Of a stretch of 64,000 bases of DNA, positions 1 to 11,820 are shown piece after piece. Source of the stretch: Lama glama (taxonomy: Eukaryota); NCBI GenBank assembly GCA_028534125.1, contig CM052817.1:5890001-5954000 (forward strand). Direction: 5' to 3'. The position numbers were made by a program, and so were the translations under genes. Under the pieces are notes generated by a model. It saw only the letters and a list, made by a program, of their open reading frames with translations. It did not search any database and was not told the origin of the DNA. Position 1 is the stretch's first letter, and each line of letters starts with the position of its first letter.

Positions 1-3000
1 GGACAGAGCGCCACTGGGCTCCAGGGCCTGACCAGCGGGTCAGCTCAGGTGTCCCCTGGGAGCCCTCCCTGGTTCCAGCAGCCTCAGCTGTGTCCTGCCT
101 GTATGATGGCTACCCTCAGCCTGGACGCCCTGTGCCTACCTGCCTCGTTCCCTCGTCACAGGCTCGTGGAGGGACACACGGTTCAGATGACCATGACCAC
201 TGCCCCCTCCCTCCCTCCACGGTCAGCACCCTGAAACTGGGTTTCCACCCTGCCCTGAAATGCTGCCCCTCCCTGCTTCAGTCCACTGCCCCTGCCCAAA
301 CCCTGCTCCTCCGCACTCCGAGAAACCTTCCTGTAAAGTGCCTGGGAAGCAGCCCCGCACTCCTCGCCCTTCAAGAACCACACCCCCTCCTCCCGTCACC
401 CTGGACAGATCTGCCCAGTTTCCACTTTCCTCTGCAGAGAGAGGACCTGATGAAGGGATAAAAGGTTCATTCTAACCCTCCTTTGGCCACTGACTGTCCA
501 CGTCAGCTTGGCTGTCAGCTCAGGGGGATACCGGGGAGATGAGGGGCAGAGGGGAGCAGACCCGCCCTGCCGACTTCCCGGCACGGCCATCGATCACTAA
601 CGCACACACCACTCTCTGAAAGCCAACACAAGGGGGAAAGTTGGCTAAGGATGACGCCAGGCCATCTGTGTGCCCAGCCCAGGGCCAGTACAAGGCGGGC
701 ACCTGATACACACTTGAACTCCAACTTCTGCTTTCAGTCATGAATAAAGACACAGGACAAAGGGAAAAACAACCACTAGAAAACCTTGCACATTAGAGCT
801 CAAGTTCTGCTTAACTGTCTGAGTGGGTGATACTTCCAGTAACTTCCAAGCTGTGCTCACCTCCACCATGCAGAGCCACAGTGATGAGTAAGGCACGAGG
901 GCGCCGCGCCGCGCGGTGCCCCTGGGCAGAGGGAAGACCTGGAGGCCCCTCTGCGGCCAGGTGCGCTCGCTTGCCCTCAGAGGCCTGGGCAGATGCTGCA
1001 GCTCGACATGCAGGTCCGGGTGAATGAGGCCCTGACGCTTGCTGCTCTGAGCAATCATCCCATCAGACACGCGCTATCCCGTGGACCGTGGACACAGCCC
1101 TCAGAGGTGCTCACTATGGGAGCAGTGTCCCCGGTCATAGGAGCAGCCGACATGCTCACCCGACAGAGGAGGAAGCAGAGGCCTAAGAGGCAGAGAAGTC
1201 CGCCCGAGGCCATAGCGGCCCAGGTGCACACGGGCAGGTGAGTGGGAGACGCTCAGCGGGGCCGTCATCACACCTCCAGGTGCCGCCACAGGGGTGTGCT
1301 GGGCAGGAAGAAACCCCCATAGGAGAGGCAGAAATAGGCAAGGTCCCTCCTGCCCCCTTCTTTTCAGGCCACCCTTAGGGCCTCAAAGGGCAACCTAAAC
1401 TCCTGGGCACAGCCGGTCTCCTGTGACCCTGGGGTCACTTCCCGGGGGGGACGGGGCCTATTCTGCCCACAGTTCCTACAGCCTCTCAGCCCATTTCTAG
1501 TTCAGGCAAACTAGGACTAATGCCAGATCAGAGGCCTGGGCAGGAACCGGGATGGTACAGCTGAAATTGGGCATGACTAAGCCTTGTCTACACTCTCGCT
1601 CTGCCAACACGAGAAGCTGGTTTGAACCAACAAACTGATGAACAAGAAGGAAAAGCACCGAGACCCCCCTACTCAGGCCAGCAGGGGGATGGTGGCCAGT
1701 CCCGTCTGCATCTGAGACACTGCTGCCCTCCTGCCTGGTCCGAGCCGCCTTACAGCTGCTCTGGCAGGTACTGAAATTTGGAACACGACTAACTCCTTTT
1801 TTGAGGCAGCAACTTGAACTCGACTCCTCTGTGCTGCTCACTTGCTTACCCCTCCCTCTACAGCCCTAAATGTGGCCCAGAGGACGGTGGCAGAAGCTGG
1901 AACTGGGTGGATGGGGACCCTGCACATTACAGCCTTGCTCTGGGGTGGTGAGGGCCGTGCAGATGCATAAGGAAAAGGCCAATCTCATCTTACAAGGTGC
2001 TACAGGTGGGTGTGGGGGGCCCTCCTGTCCTTCCTACTCCAGGCCAACTGAGCCTGTTGGAATCTTTCAAAGATGTTCGGCAACGCCTCACAGCTGCTCA
2101 GACATCCACCAGCATCTCTCCGTCTTCCCCACAACTCTGCGGTCCAGTGGGGGAGGGCCATCCCCACCCTGTTTCCCTGGGGGCCCAGAGGCACAACCAG
2201 CCTGAGGGCTGCACAGCCAGCCAGCTACAGCGCTGGCCTGTCACCCAACGTCCCCCATTCTCAGTCCACAGCCCCTGATCTCTGCTGGGTCCCTACCCTG
2301 GAAGACTTCAGGATGAGCTGTGTGCCCATCCTCGAGACAGGTGCCAGCCAGGCCAGCGTCTCTACGTGACACACTTGGGCCGGGGCCGCAGGGTAGGGGC
2401 AGTGTTCTCAGGTTAGAAAGAAAAATGGAAAGAAAAGGAACCTTCTAGCCAAGTCCCCGAGTCAGCCCCCAGAGAAGACTGGCAGGGTGGTAGAGCACAG
2501 GTCCGGGCCAACTCCGGACTTGAGTCCTGGCTCCAGTCACCTGCCACTGAGGCGCTCTGTGCTGGGTTTAATCCATACCAGCGAAGAGGAAATGATCCCT
2601 CCTTGCTCTCAGGGCAGGAAATGGAGCCCCGCCCACCCAGAGCCCAGATAACAGCCAAGAGGAACCAAACAGACCTGGGGTGAGGTGGGGAGGGGAAGGG
2701 GCACAGGGAGAGGGAGATGGGGAGAGGGACTAGGACAGTCTCTTGCTGCCACAGAAACCGCCGTCTCCCTCCTCCCTCCCCTGGGCCCAGCGCAGGATGC
2801 CCAGACTTGACTCAGCATTACTCACAGTACCTCATCCTGCTTAGGAAAAGGCTGACCTTGAACCACGCCTCCCACAGAGTGCCACCACCCACCCAGAGCA
2901 GCAGCCCTAGGAGCCCGCCTCCGGGAGGGAGGTGCAGGGCACTAGGGAGGGGCTCCGGGCTGCACCGCCCACCGGCCCTGCTGGGTGGCCCCTGGAGGAA

Positions 3001-3529
3001 ATCAAACCTGTTTCATCACCAGTAGAGAACCTGGGGAGCTCCTCTGCACCTGAGCCGAGGAGATCTGTCTGGAAGAGCTGCCCACAGCCGAGTCCTGCTC
3101 TCTGGGGAACCGCTGAGGACTGCCACTGCCTTTCCGGCCACACCTTGCCCACTGCTTATGATTCACTGTGTTGTCATCAAAGTTAACAAGTCTTCTCACT
3201 CAGTGAGCCACTAACGTTCCTGGGACAAGGCCCCAGACCTCGGCAAATCCCAGCTCAGCCACCTCCAGGGCACACAGCCGGCCGTAAAGCACCACATGCT
3301 CTCCACACAGCCACCGGTACTGGCTGCCTCTCTGGTGTTTTCACAAGAGAATCGGGAGGGGGAGGTTCGGAACCACAGCCACCCTGGGACTCGAGTGCCG
3401 GCTGTCCCCTTCCAGGTACCCTCCCTTCCACACGCTAGCCTCAGACCACGGGGCAGGAAACCAGCATCGTGGGCTACCGTGGACCTGCAGGTGCTGTGCA
3501 TAGCTCAAATTCATGGTTACATTGCTCTC

Positions 3530-3640
3530 CTGCCCATATTCCCACACCCATCCTGCAGATGGGAAAAGTGAGGCTTAGAGAGGTTCAGAACCTTGTCCTA
3601 GTCAGGAAGCATGTGCAGAGCTGGCACTGAGACCCCAAAG
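3530..3640. mobile_element. MIR SINE fragment
   Basis: cagatgggaaaagtgaggcttagagaggttcagaaccttgtccta resembles the MIR core. Confidence 0.6.
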
Positions 3641-4064
3641 CCATTTACACCCAAAGCCTGTGACTCTCCAGGCAAAGCGGCTAACTCTCCTCACTGTGTG
3701 TCACTTCACAGGTGTCACCTGCCCTCATCACCTCTCTCAGGGAGGTACCAGAGGGGCAGATACAGATATCCCTGGAAACTCACCTCCTCTGACATTTTGG
3801 TGGCTCAGGGGATCTCAAGCTGGTACAATCAGAAGGCAGACTGTTACGTGGCCTGGGCTCCCCTTTCTAACAAGGCACTTCCAGACCAGTCACCCGATGT
3901 CAGAGATGCGCCACCACCCCTAGCCACCTACCCAGCCATCCCAGGATTGACGGTGTGCAGTTGGGACCTTCTGCCATCAGCATCTAACAGGTCTAGACTC
4001 CGCCGGCTTCAGGTAAACCACAAAATCCACCCAAAAACCACCCTACAGAGAGAAGCCCACTTAC

Positions 4065-4245
4065 GCCAATTGTGAACTTGAACTTGAATGGTGGCCCCTC
4101 AAAGAACGCGGCACAGTTGTCATCGCTGCCAGTCACCAGGCGGTACGGCCGGCTCTGCTTGATGTCCACGCTGTTGATGACTTTGTTGTGTCCTGTGATC
4201 TCGCCCACGGAAGAGCCACTGTCCCACAGGAAGACGGCTCCGAAC
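4065..4245 (-). CDS. WDR1: WDR1 coding exon 5 ([61 protein letters not shown])
   Basis: 181 nt, acceptor TGAAG| and donor |GTAAGT; cumulative CDS is 558 nt = 186 codons. The gene continues beyond position 1. Confidence 0.98.
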
Positions 4246-5325
4246 CTTCACGCAATGAGAAGAGTCACAGGAAAGAAAAAATCAGTCCCAGGAAGGTCAC
4301 TAAGACGCAGGCAGTGGTGCTGGCAGCGCAGCCCTGCTCACATCCGTGCTCCGTGCACGCTGCCCCAAGTGCGCAGGATTTTCTAACAAACAGGAGCCAT
4401 CCCAAGTGCTTCTGGGAAGGGACTAGACGTCTGTGTCTTAGGTCCAGACCCAGTGAGCCTCCCACGTGAAGGTGCCTTAAAAGCACCTGCCAGGGAACAG
4501 CTCTAGGGCTTTGTCAGTTTCACAACAGTTTTACTGGCAGGGGGGTGGGGTGCACAAGGAAACACACAGTTACCCTTCCCTACTAGAAAGGAGACGCTGC
4601 CTTGTTCTCGGCTGGCAGTCAATGAAAATGTATTGTTTTGGTTACTCTTTGTAACTGAATGAAACAGGAATTAGGATCAACAGGAATGACTTGAAAAACT
4701 ATGGAAGAATTAATTAGTACTGATCAGAACACACATTAGGATCCTCTGAGTAAGTTCCTACCAAGTTCAAGTGCTTGATGGCAGCAGAGGTGCCAGGGAG
4801 GGACCCTGACTGCACTTGGAATAAGGAACCCTGGGCCATGGTACTGACCCTGCTGGTCCCTGGACCCAAGTGCAGCAGCCCGCTACGGCCCCTACCCAGG
4901 GTCCATGTGCCCCGCTCCTTAGTGAGGTGACTGTAGGGCTGTGCCCAGCTAAGGAACACACCAGCCCCCCCGGGCACCTGCTGGGAGGGACCCCAATATT
5001 GCTTAGAAGCCGCATCACTTTCAGCTCCCCCTTTCCTGCTGCCTGGAATGTGGGCACGCCAGCTGGGGTTCTAGGAGGCAAAGGGCCAAGGATATCAGAT
5101 AAGAGAAGGTGCCTGGGCCAGGGACAAACCCTGGGGCTCTCTGCTGTTACACGTGGTTTTCCGTCACGCGGTGCTGAGGCCAGCCCTTAAGGAGACCCGG
5201 TTCCCACAGGATGAACACACACCAGACCAAGCCACACTGATGTCACTGCGCCCTACCCACCAGGGGCGCCCAGGAAACAAAGCAAAGCAAGGGACAGGGC
5301 AGGAGGGGCCGGGCCAGAGACTCAC

Positions 5326-5473
5326 TTCTCCCTTCCTTCCCCGACCACTGCGATCCTCTTACTGTCTTCCGTCCAAGCAATGTCCTTGATCTTCCCAGCG
5401 AAAGGCTGATACTCATACTTCAAGAGGTGCTCCTTCTGCGTGGTATCCCAGATCCTCAGCTTCCCAGATATGT
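5326..5473 (-). CDS. WDR1: WDR1 coding exon 4 ([49 protein letters not shown])
   Basis: 148 nt, acceptor TCCGCAG| and donor |GTGAGT; phases fit exons 3 and 5. Not in the ORF track; found by manual translation. Confidence 0.97.
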
Positions 5474-8400
5474 CTGCGGACACAACGGGGCAGTGAGGCC
5501 ACGTTCACTACTGGGCCAGGGCCGCGTGGGCAAAGACAAATTCACGCAGCACCGCCCAGGGTGTGCAGGCTTGCTGGAGACGGCTGGGGCCACAGCTGGG
5601 AGGAGGTGCGTGTTCTCAGGTCACTGTCAATCAGAGCCTGCTGCCTCCGTGAGGACCAGTATGGGGGCCTCTGCATTTTCCCGGTCATCACGGCGATCAC
5701 AAGCCCTGAGTGTGCCACCTGGACACACGGTGGCAACGCTCAGGGAGCAGTTTGCTTTAGGACTGTATTCCTTTCCTTGTAGGGGGATCAGGCAAATTCC
5801 TTACATTCGGGAACTGAAGTTGTCATCTGCAAAGACCTGATGGCACTAGTGATGCTGCCTCTCCTGCGCAGGGGCTGCAGAAACCGGGAGAAACGAGGGG
5901 TGCCAATGCGCCTGTGCCTGGGAGGCCTGGGGCATGCTGTGCCCTGCAAGGTGGCCCTCTGCCTCCGCAGGGTCTGCAGGCTCTTTCCCCCTGTCCTCCA
6001 GCCCCATGGCCGCACCTCAGGCAACGAGCAGCCCCGTTCGGTAGAGCGAGGCATCACCCCACAACTCGAGGCTGAGCCGAGAATGAGACCCTCTGGTGAG
6101 GCTCCACCCAGCACCGTGGGCGTTGCAAGGAGTCGTACTACAGACAGAACTTGACACCAGGCCTGTTCTCACCGTAGCATTTGCAGCAGATTAGTAATAA
6201 ATTAACACGCCCTCTCCTCCCTGCTGCCATCCGTCACCCAGCTCCACACACTAGCCCCCACACGTGCTTCCCAAACGCGCATCGACTTCCCCAAACGAGC
6301 AGGAAAAGTGGAACATTGTACACTAACTCTCGAGGCTAAAACCTCAGCCCTGCGTGGCTCTGAGGCAAGTCCCCCAGCAGGTAAGCTTGCACTATCTCCA
6401 GGACCCCGGCCAGCGGGGCACTGAACACAAACTCTACAGCCAGTCCTGGTGGGAACGGCTTCCATCGCCCGTTCAGGCCCAGCCAACGGGGGGACGCCGG
6501 CTGCAGAGGCTGCCCTTGCCCTGCGAGGCTCTGTGGGCCTCAAACAGCACCGACAGCCCCAGCCACAAAGGGGATAATGAACACCAGGGGGCTGCTGTGA
6601 CGATAAATGAGTCAACACACATAGTCTTAGACGAGCCCCTAGTGCACCGTGGGCTCCTGCAATGACTCAGTCTCAACCAGTCAGTGAACTAAGGCTCTGC
6701 AGGAGGCCACTGGAGGCGCACCCCTGTGGGCGAACACGGGCTCAGGGTCTGCCGTGGAACAGATGAGAAGAGACACCAGCAACCTTGTGAACAGGGCTAA
6801 TGAGGGCGCCCCGGGGGCCCTGGTCTCTCTGGACGAGGTCCAGCCAGACCGCCTGGCATGCTGCCCGAGGCAAGTTCCAAAGCTGACCACAGCCAGTTAA
6901 GCCCTCGGCTGAACAAACAGGCCGGCAGGGAAAGGAGAGGAAGCAGCAGAAGCGGGCGCCGGAAGAGGAGCACCGTGTGTGCAGGAAGGACACGGGTGCT
7001 CACGCGTGTGCACACGCTCACACACATGCTGGGCTGTGTGGTCCCCATGCTCAGGCCAGTCCAGGGCGCTACAGGGAGTCATGGAGAATACAGCGTCTGC
7101 AGCACAAGGCCGAGGGTGACCTGCTCAGACACCCCAGGGCCGCTCTCCCAGCTCCCCCGGCTCAGCAGGCAACCTGCTCCCCTCACCCTGCTGAGCTCAG
7201 GCCCCCTCCAGGCCTGGACTCACAGTCAGTTCTCCCACTACCTCCCCCGCTCAGGCCATCAGCCTCTTCTGTTGGGTCCTGCTTGTTCATCTAATTCTTT
7301 TCAGAAGCAGCTGGGGCTGGAAAGAGACAGTGGCCCCATCTGACGAGGGCAGCCCTGACCAGGGGCCCCCGGGGGCAGCAGGCACCTGCTGGCAGACAAC
7401 AAACGTACACACGTCCACTTGTCCACTCGCTTGTGGGACACAGGACCACGGAGAAAAGCACTGCGGTGCAAGGGGACAGAGTGATGGTGGGGAAGGGGCT
7501 CCCTCCACAAGGCCTGCTCCTACCACTGGGGACACGTCTCCCCTCCAGACAACAAGCTGCACTGAGGGGAGTGACTGTGCGTGGGGAGCCTGCCCCCCAC
7601 TCCTCCTGTAGAGCATCACTGGGTTCGGGGAGCCAGGTGGGCTTTGTGGTGCCCGTGGAGGCCTCGCCTCACATCCGCTCTGCAGTCTGGTCTCTCCTCC
7701 CTTGGTCCTCACCACAGGGACCCTCATATTCTTCTCCTCGGGGCATGGGGCGCCTATTCAGGAACCCCCCCCCGCTGTGCAACCGGGGCGTGCTGCTGCC
7801 CGAGGGCCACCTGGGAACCACTGCTTGGGTGCCCAGGGGGCTGAGTGTGGCGCATGGCAGCTGCCAGCACCAAATTATCGGAGGAAGATGCCCTAGAAAG
7901 GGAAACTGGGCCTGAAATGGCTCTGCCCTGAGAACCATCACACAGGATGGAGGGCCCCCAAGGGCAGAGACTGCTGTCTTGTTCTGGGCTGGGGTCCAAC
8001 TCCAGGTGCGGGTTCCTCACACAGCCCTTCTGGAAGGTTTGCTCATTCAGCAGAATGTGGACCAGCGAGACTCAGAGGGATCTAGGGAGCCCGCAGAGGG
8101 CTGGAACCCCGTCTGGGAGTGAGGGCAGGCTTCCCGAGGTCCTCAGGACCCCTACACCGGGTACGTCACGTGCCAGGTACCCCACTTAGCCGGAGGGCAC
8201 AGCACCTTCTCAGCCTCGCTCCTTCTCTACGCGCTACACTATTTTTATTTTTAGCCCGGGGCCCAGATCTCTGCAGGAAATGTTTTGTGTCTTTGCTCGA
8301 TTCAAAGCACCAGCATGCTAGAAACATAAAGCACATCGCACAAGACCTGTACCAAACTCCCTGAGTTCCTGCTCCACGTCGGTGCCCGTACGAGCGGCCA

Positions 8401-9562
8401 GGAAAGGTCAGACCGAGCCTCCTCGTGCGTGCACCACCCTCTGCGGCGGTCTCTGCACCGCCGGGCCCCACTGCTTCCCGTCTGGTTAAACGTCCCTCCC
8501 GGGGCCCAGAGGGCAGGCCTGGGCTTGCGGGTGACTCAGCAGCTGGGCTGTGGCCCCAAGCGCCAGGCGGGGACGCTATGCCAACCACATTTCTCCGTAA
8601 GACACAGTTTTCAGAGGCACTAGGGCCAAATCACGGGGCTTTAAATGAAGAGGCATTTTGCTGGCAAGCAGGGCTGGCGGAGGTTGGGGGGGAATCACAG
8701 GGCTCAAGTAAATCATAGGATATAAATAAATTAGAGCAAGTTTTACAGAAGTTGTCAGAGTAGGTCTAAACACAAAAATCATTAAGTGCCCACTAGGTGC
8801 CAGCTCCTGGCCGAGCCCTTCACACACAACCCAGGGCGGCCGGCGTCAGCCAGCACGCCTGTCGTCCTGGCGTGTCTGGGCGTTCAGTGACCCGCCACGG
8901 TGCCCTGCAGTGCCCACCCATGCAAGGGCTGCCCCAAGGATCTTACGTGCATTACCGCACTGGGTCCTCCCCAACCGACCTGGCAGCTACTAGCAGGCCC
9001 AGTTTACAGAAGAGAAAATGAAGGCCCAGGGAGGTGAGTTCTTTTAGGAAGGCTACGCAGCTGGTAAGGGGCAGGCAGCGAGGGCAGTGTAGACAAATGG
9101 CCACCAGTGTGTATGATCCCGGCCGTCCCTCACTGGCCACTTAGTTCCTCCAGCAATGTGCTCATTTCTGTCGCCGACAAAGCCCACGTCAGCTCATCCA
9201 CCTGGCCCTTCCTGGGGCCTGAGCCCAGGCTGGAGGCTGAGCGTGAGCGAATGAACGAGTAACGAACGAATGAATGTGGGTCATGGGTTCAGCCACTCTA
9301 ATGTCTGTGCCTCCCTCTCTCATCTGTGAACAGTAAAAGAGCAACCTCCAAGGATTAGGAGAATAAAGTATCCTGCAACATGAAGACCTTTATGTCTCTC
9401 CTCTTACCCGGCCTCCCACGGGGCCACACAAAAGCCCGGCTGCAGGCAGCACAGGCCCAGACCACAAATAGAGCAGGACGCTTGCCTGAGGCCAGCGTTT
9501 TGCTCAACACAGGGAAAGGAGCAGCAAATAAAGGTGATGCAAGACAAAGCCACAGGTCAGAA

Positions 9563-9565
9563 GCG

Positions 9566-9609
<44 letters not shown>
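9563..9609. repeat. Compound microsatellite (GC)6(AC)17 in WDR1 intron 3
   Basis: Read directly from the sequence. Confidence 0.95.
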
Positions 9610-9611
<2 letters not shown>

Positions 9612-9945
9612 GGGCTCAACTACATCATGATACAGCCACCCAGAGGCCTCCGGCCAACCTCATGTGAGCATTTCTGGTGACCTCCCAGTCGGAACCAGCT
9701 GGAATACTGCCAACTGCAAAACTCTGGAAAGGGACTTTTTGGTGGCTTATACTTTCCTTGTCCCCAAGTGAAGCTAACCACACTGGTTCCACCCATCAGC
9801 CCTGCCCCCCACCCTCCTTGACTCACTTCCCTCTTCCTCCCTCCTCTTCCCCTTCCCCTCCCAGGCCAGGAGCCCAGCTTGGTCCCAGGACTGGGGGCGG
9901 GGGCCACACCACATGCACCCAGGAGCCACGCAGGCAGACAGGTAC

Positions 9946-10036
9946 CTCCAGAGGCGATGTAGAATCCGCTGGGCGCGTACTTGGCCACCACCACCTGATG
10001 GGCGTGCTCGGTGTAGATGTCAGCGATGGCCGGGTT
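9946..10036 (-). CDS. WDR1: WDR1 coding exon 3 ([30 protein letters not shown])
   Basis: 91 nt, acceptor CTCCCTGCAG| and donor GAG|GTACCT; WD40 repeat sequence of AIP1. Confidence 0.98.
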
Positions 10037-11439
10037 CTGCAGGGAGGAGACCCCGAATGAACACAAGGGACACAGAAGCAGTCACACTGCTGTCCGTTCT
10101 CCTGGATTCACAGATTTGGGCGGGAAAATCACACACACACTGAAGTCAAAACCTCCATAAAGAAAACCCCAGAAGAACACTTACCTGCCGCACTTACCTT
10201 CTCTGCGTGATAGAATTCTAGGTAACTTTAACGCTTTCTCTTTAGTCTATGATTATAAAATCCAAACTGATTTTCTTTCCTTTGTTTTTCTGTACTTGCC
10301 AGAGTACAAATAGGTATTTGTGAAACATACAAAGGAAATAAAAGTTTCATTGGAAAAAAAATTTTGACTCTGATTTTCTCCTACTTGTGAGAAGCTGCCC
10401 GTTGCTGCCACATTCTCAGCGTCGGCTGTTCTCCAGCCCCCACCACAGCACGTCTCCCTATTCAGCCCCAGGCTGCCAGGCAGCGTATGACCCGAACCAA
10501 AGCCTCTGGCTCGGAGGTGCAGGAACAGGGCTGGGCAGGCAGCCGGGAGCTGCTTCTTGTCAAAATCGTGTTTGGGAAACGATCTTTCAGAGCACAAATC
10601 CAAGGCTGGCCGGGCTCTGCAGCAAGAGGGGGGCCAACGTCTGGGACCAGGAGCATCCTTAACACTCAGCAGTGAGGTTTTAACGTGTAATTTACTCAAA
10701 TTACAAATCAGGGTGTTCCCCCGACCCCCTACACACACAACCAAGTGCGAACCACTTGCTGAGAGCCTCTCCACGTCTCCACAGCCAAGCCTTCTGTTGG
10801 GAGGGAAGAACGACCCAGCCATCTAATCCCTGATACCCGCTGGCAGCTCTCTACCCAGCATGTGCTCTCGCCAGAGGCAGCGGACACAGTAGGTCCCCGC
10901 CCGCACTCTACCAGCCACCCTCAGGATCCCCTGCCCCTCTCCTTGAACCCCTGTACTCTTTGCAGCCTCCCAGCCTCAGGATCCCCTATCCCACCAGACT
11001 GAGCCCAGAGAGGCGTGCCACCCTCCTGCCGCTCCTGCAGGCCCGTGTGTCCGTAATACTGTGCCCTCGCACACCTCCCCCCACCTGCTCACGCTGGCCG
11101 ATCTGGCCTGGAGCCCTCTGCCTGAAGCCTCCTGTGCTGGCCACTTCTCTCCCCTATGCTTCCAAAACATTCACCACGTCCCTACTGACCCTTGTGTCCC
11201 TCTCCTCCAGCTTTTCTTTGACCTGCTCCCTGTGCCTTTACCTCTTTATCTATCACAGCACTTGGCAAAAAACAGGTGCTCAATAAATGCTATCTTGGAG
11301 AAAAAAGGTTTAGAGTCCTTTTACCCCTAGGACTTAACACTCAGCATCACATGATACAGGAGGCACTTAATATATGGGGTTTGTCAATTACTCTGTCTCA
11401 GAATAAACATTTGCTCATGAAATTAGAAGCACAAGCACC

Positions 11440-11820
11440 CAGAGATGTTCTGAATGACAAAGCAGCACACGAAAAGGCACTCAACGCCACCAGCCCTCTG
11501 GAAAACGCAAATCAGAACTCAGTGGGAAACCTACACAGACCCACTGAAGTCAGTAAAACTAAGACACTGCCGTCTCCAAACGTTGGTGAGGACGGGGCGA
11601 GGGTGGGGTGAGGTCTAGAGTTCTCACACGCTGCTGGTGGGAATGCAAAATGATCCAGCTGGAAAAGTTTGGCTGGTTATTTATAAAGTCAACACTATGC
11701 CTAGACAAGAGCCCAGCAACCCCACTGCCCGGTGTTTGTCCAAGAGAAATAAACGCACTTGTCCATAAAAAGACACGTGCAGGAAGGGTCACAACAGCCC
11801 CAGCGTATTCAAATTCAAAC
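11440..11820 (+). mobile_element. Old L1 (L1M-type) ORF2 3' fragment
   Basis: ccaaacgttggtgaggac...ctcacacgctgctggtgggaatgcaaaatg...cccagcaaccccactg...ccaagagaaat is typical of the L1 ORF2 C-terminal region. Confidence 0.75.

Noticed and set aside
2995-3035. Minus-strand PRFSTGDETG resembling WDR1 exon 6 (VRFSPDGNRF)
   Set aside because: The flanking residues DHSRFVNC and ATASADGQ and proper splice sites are absent; exon 6 lies outside the window.
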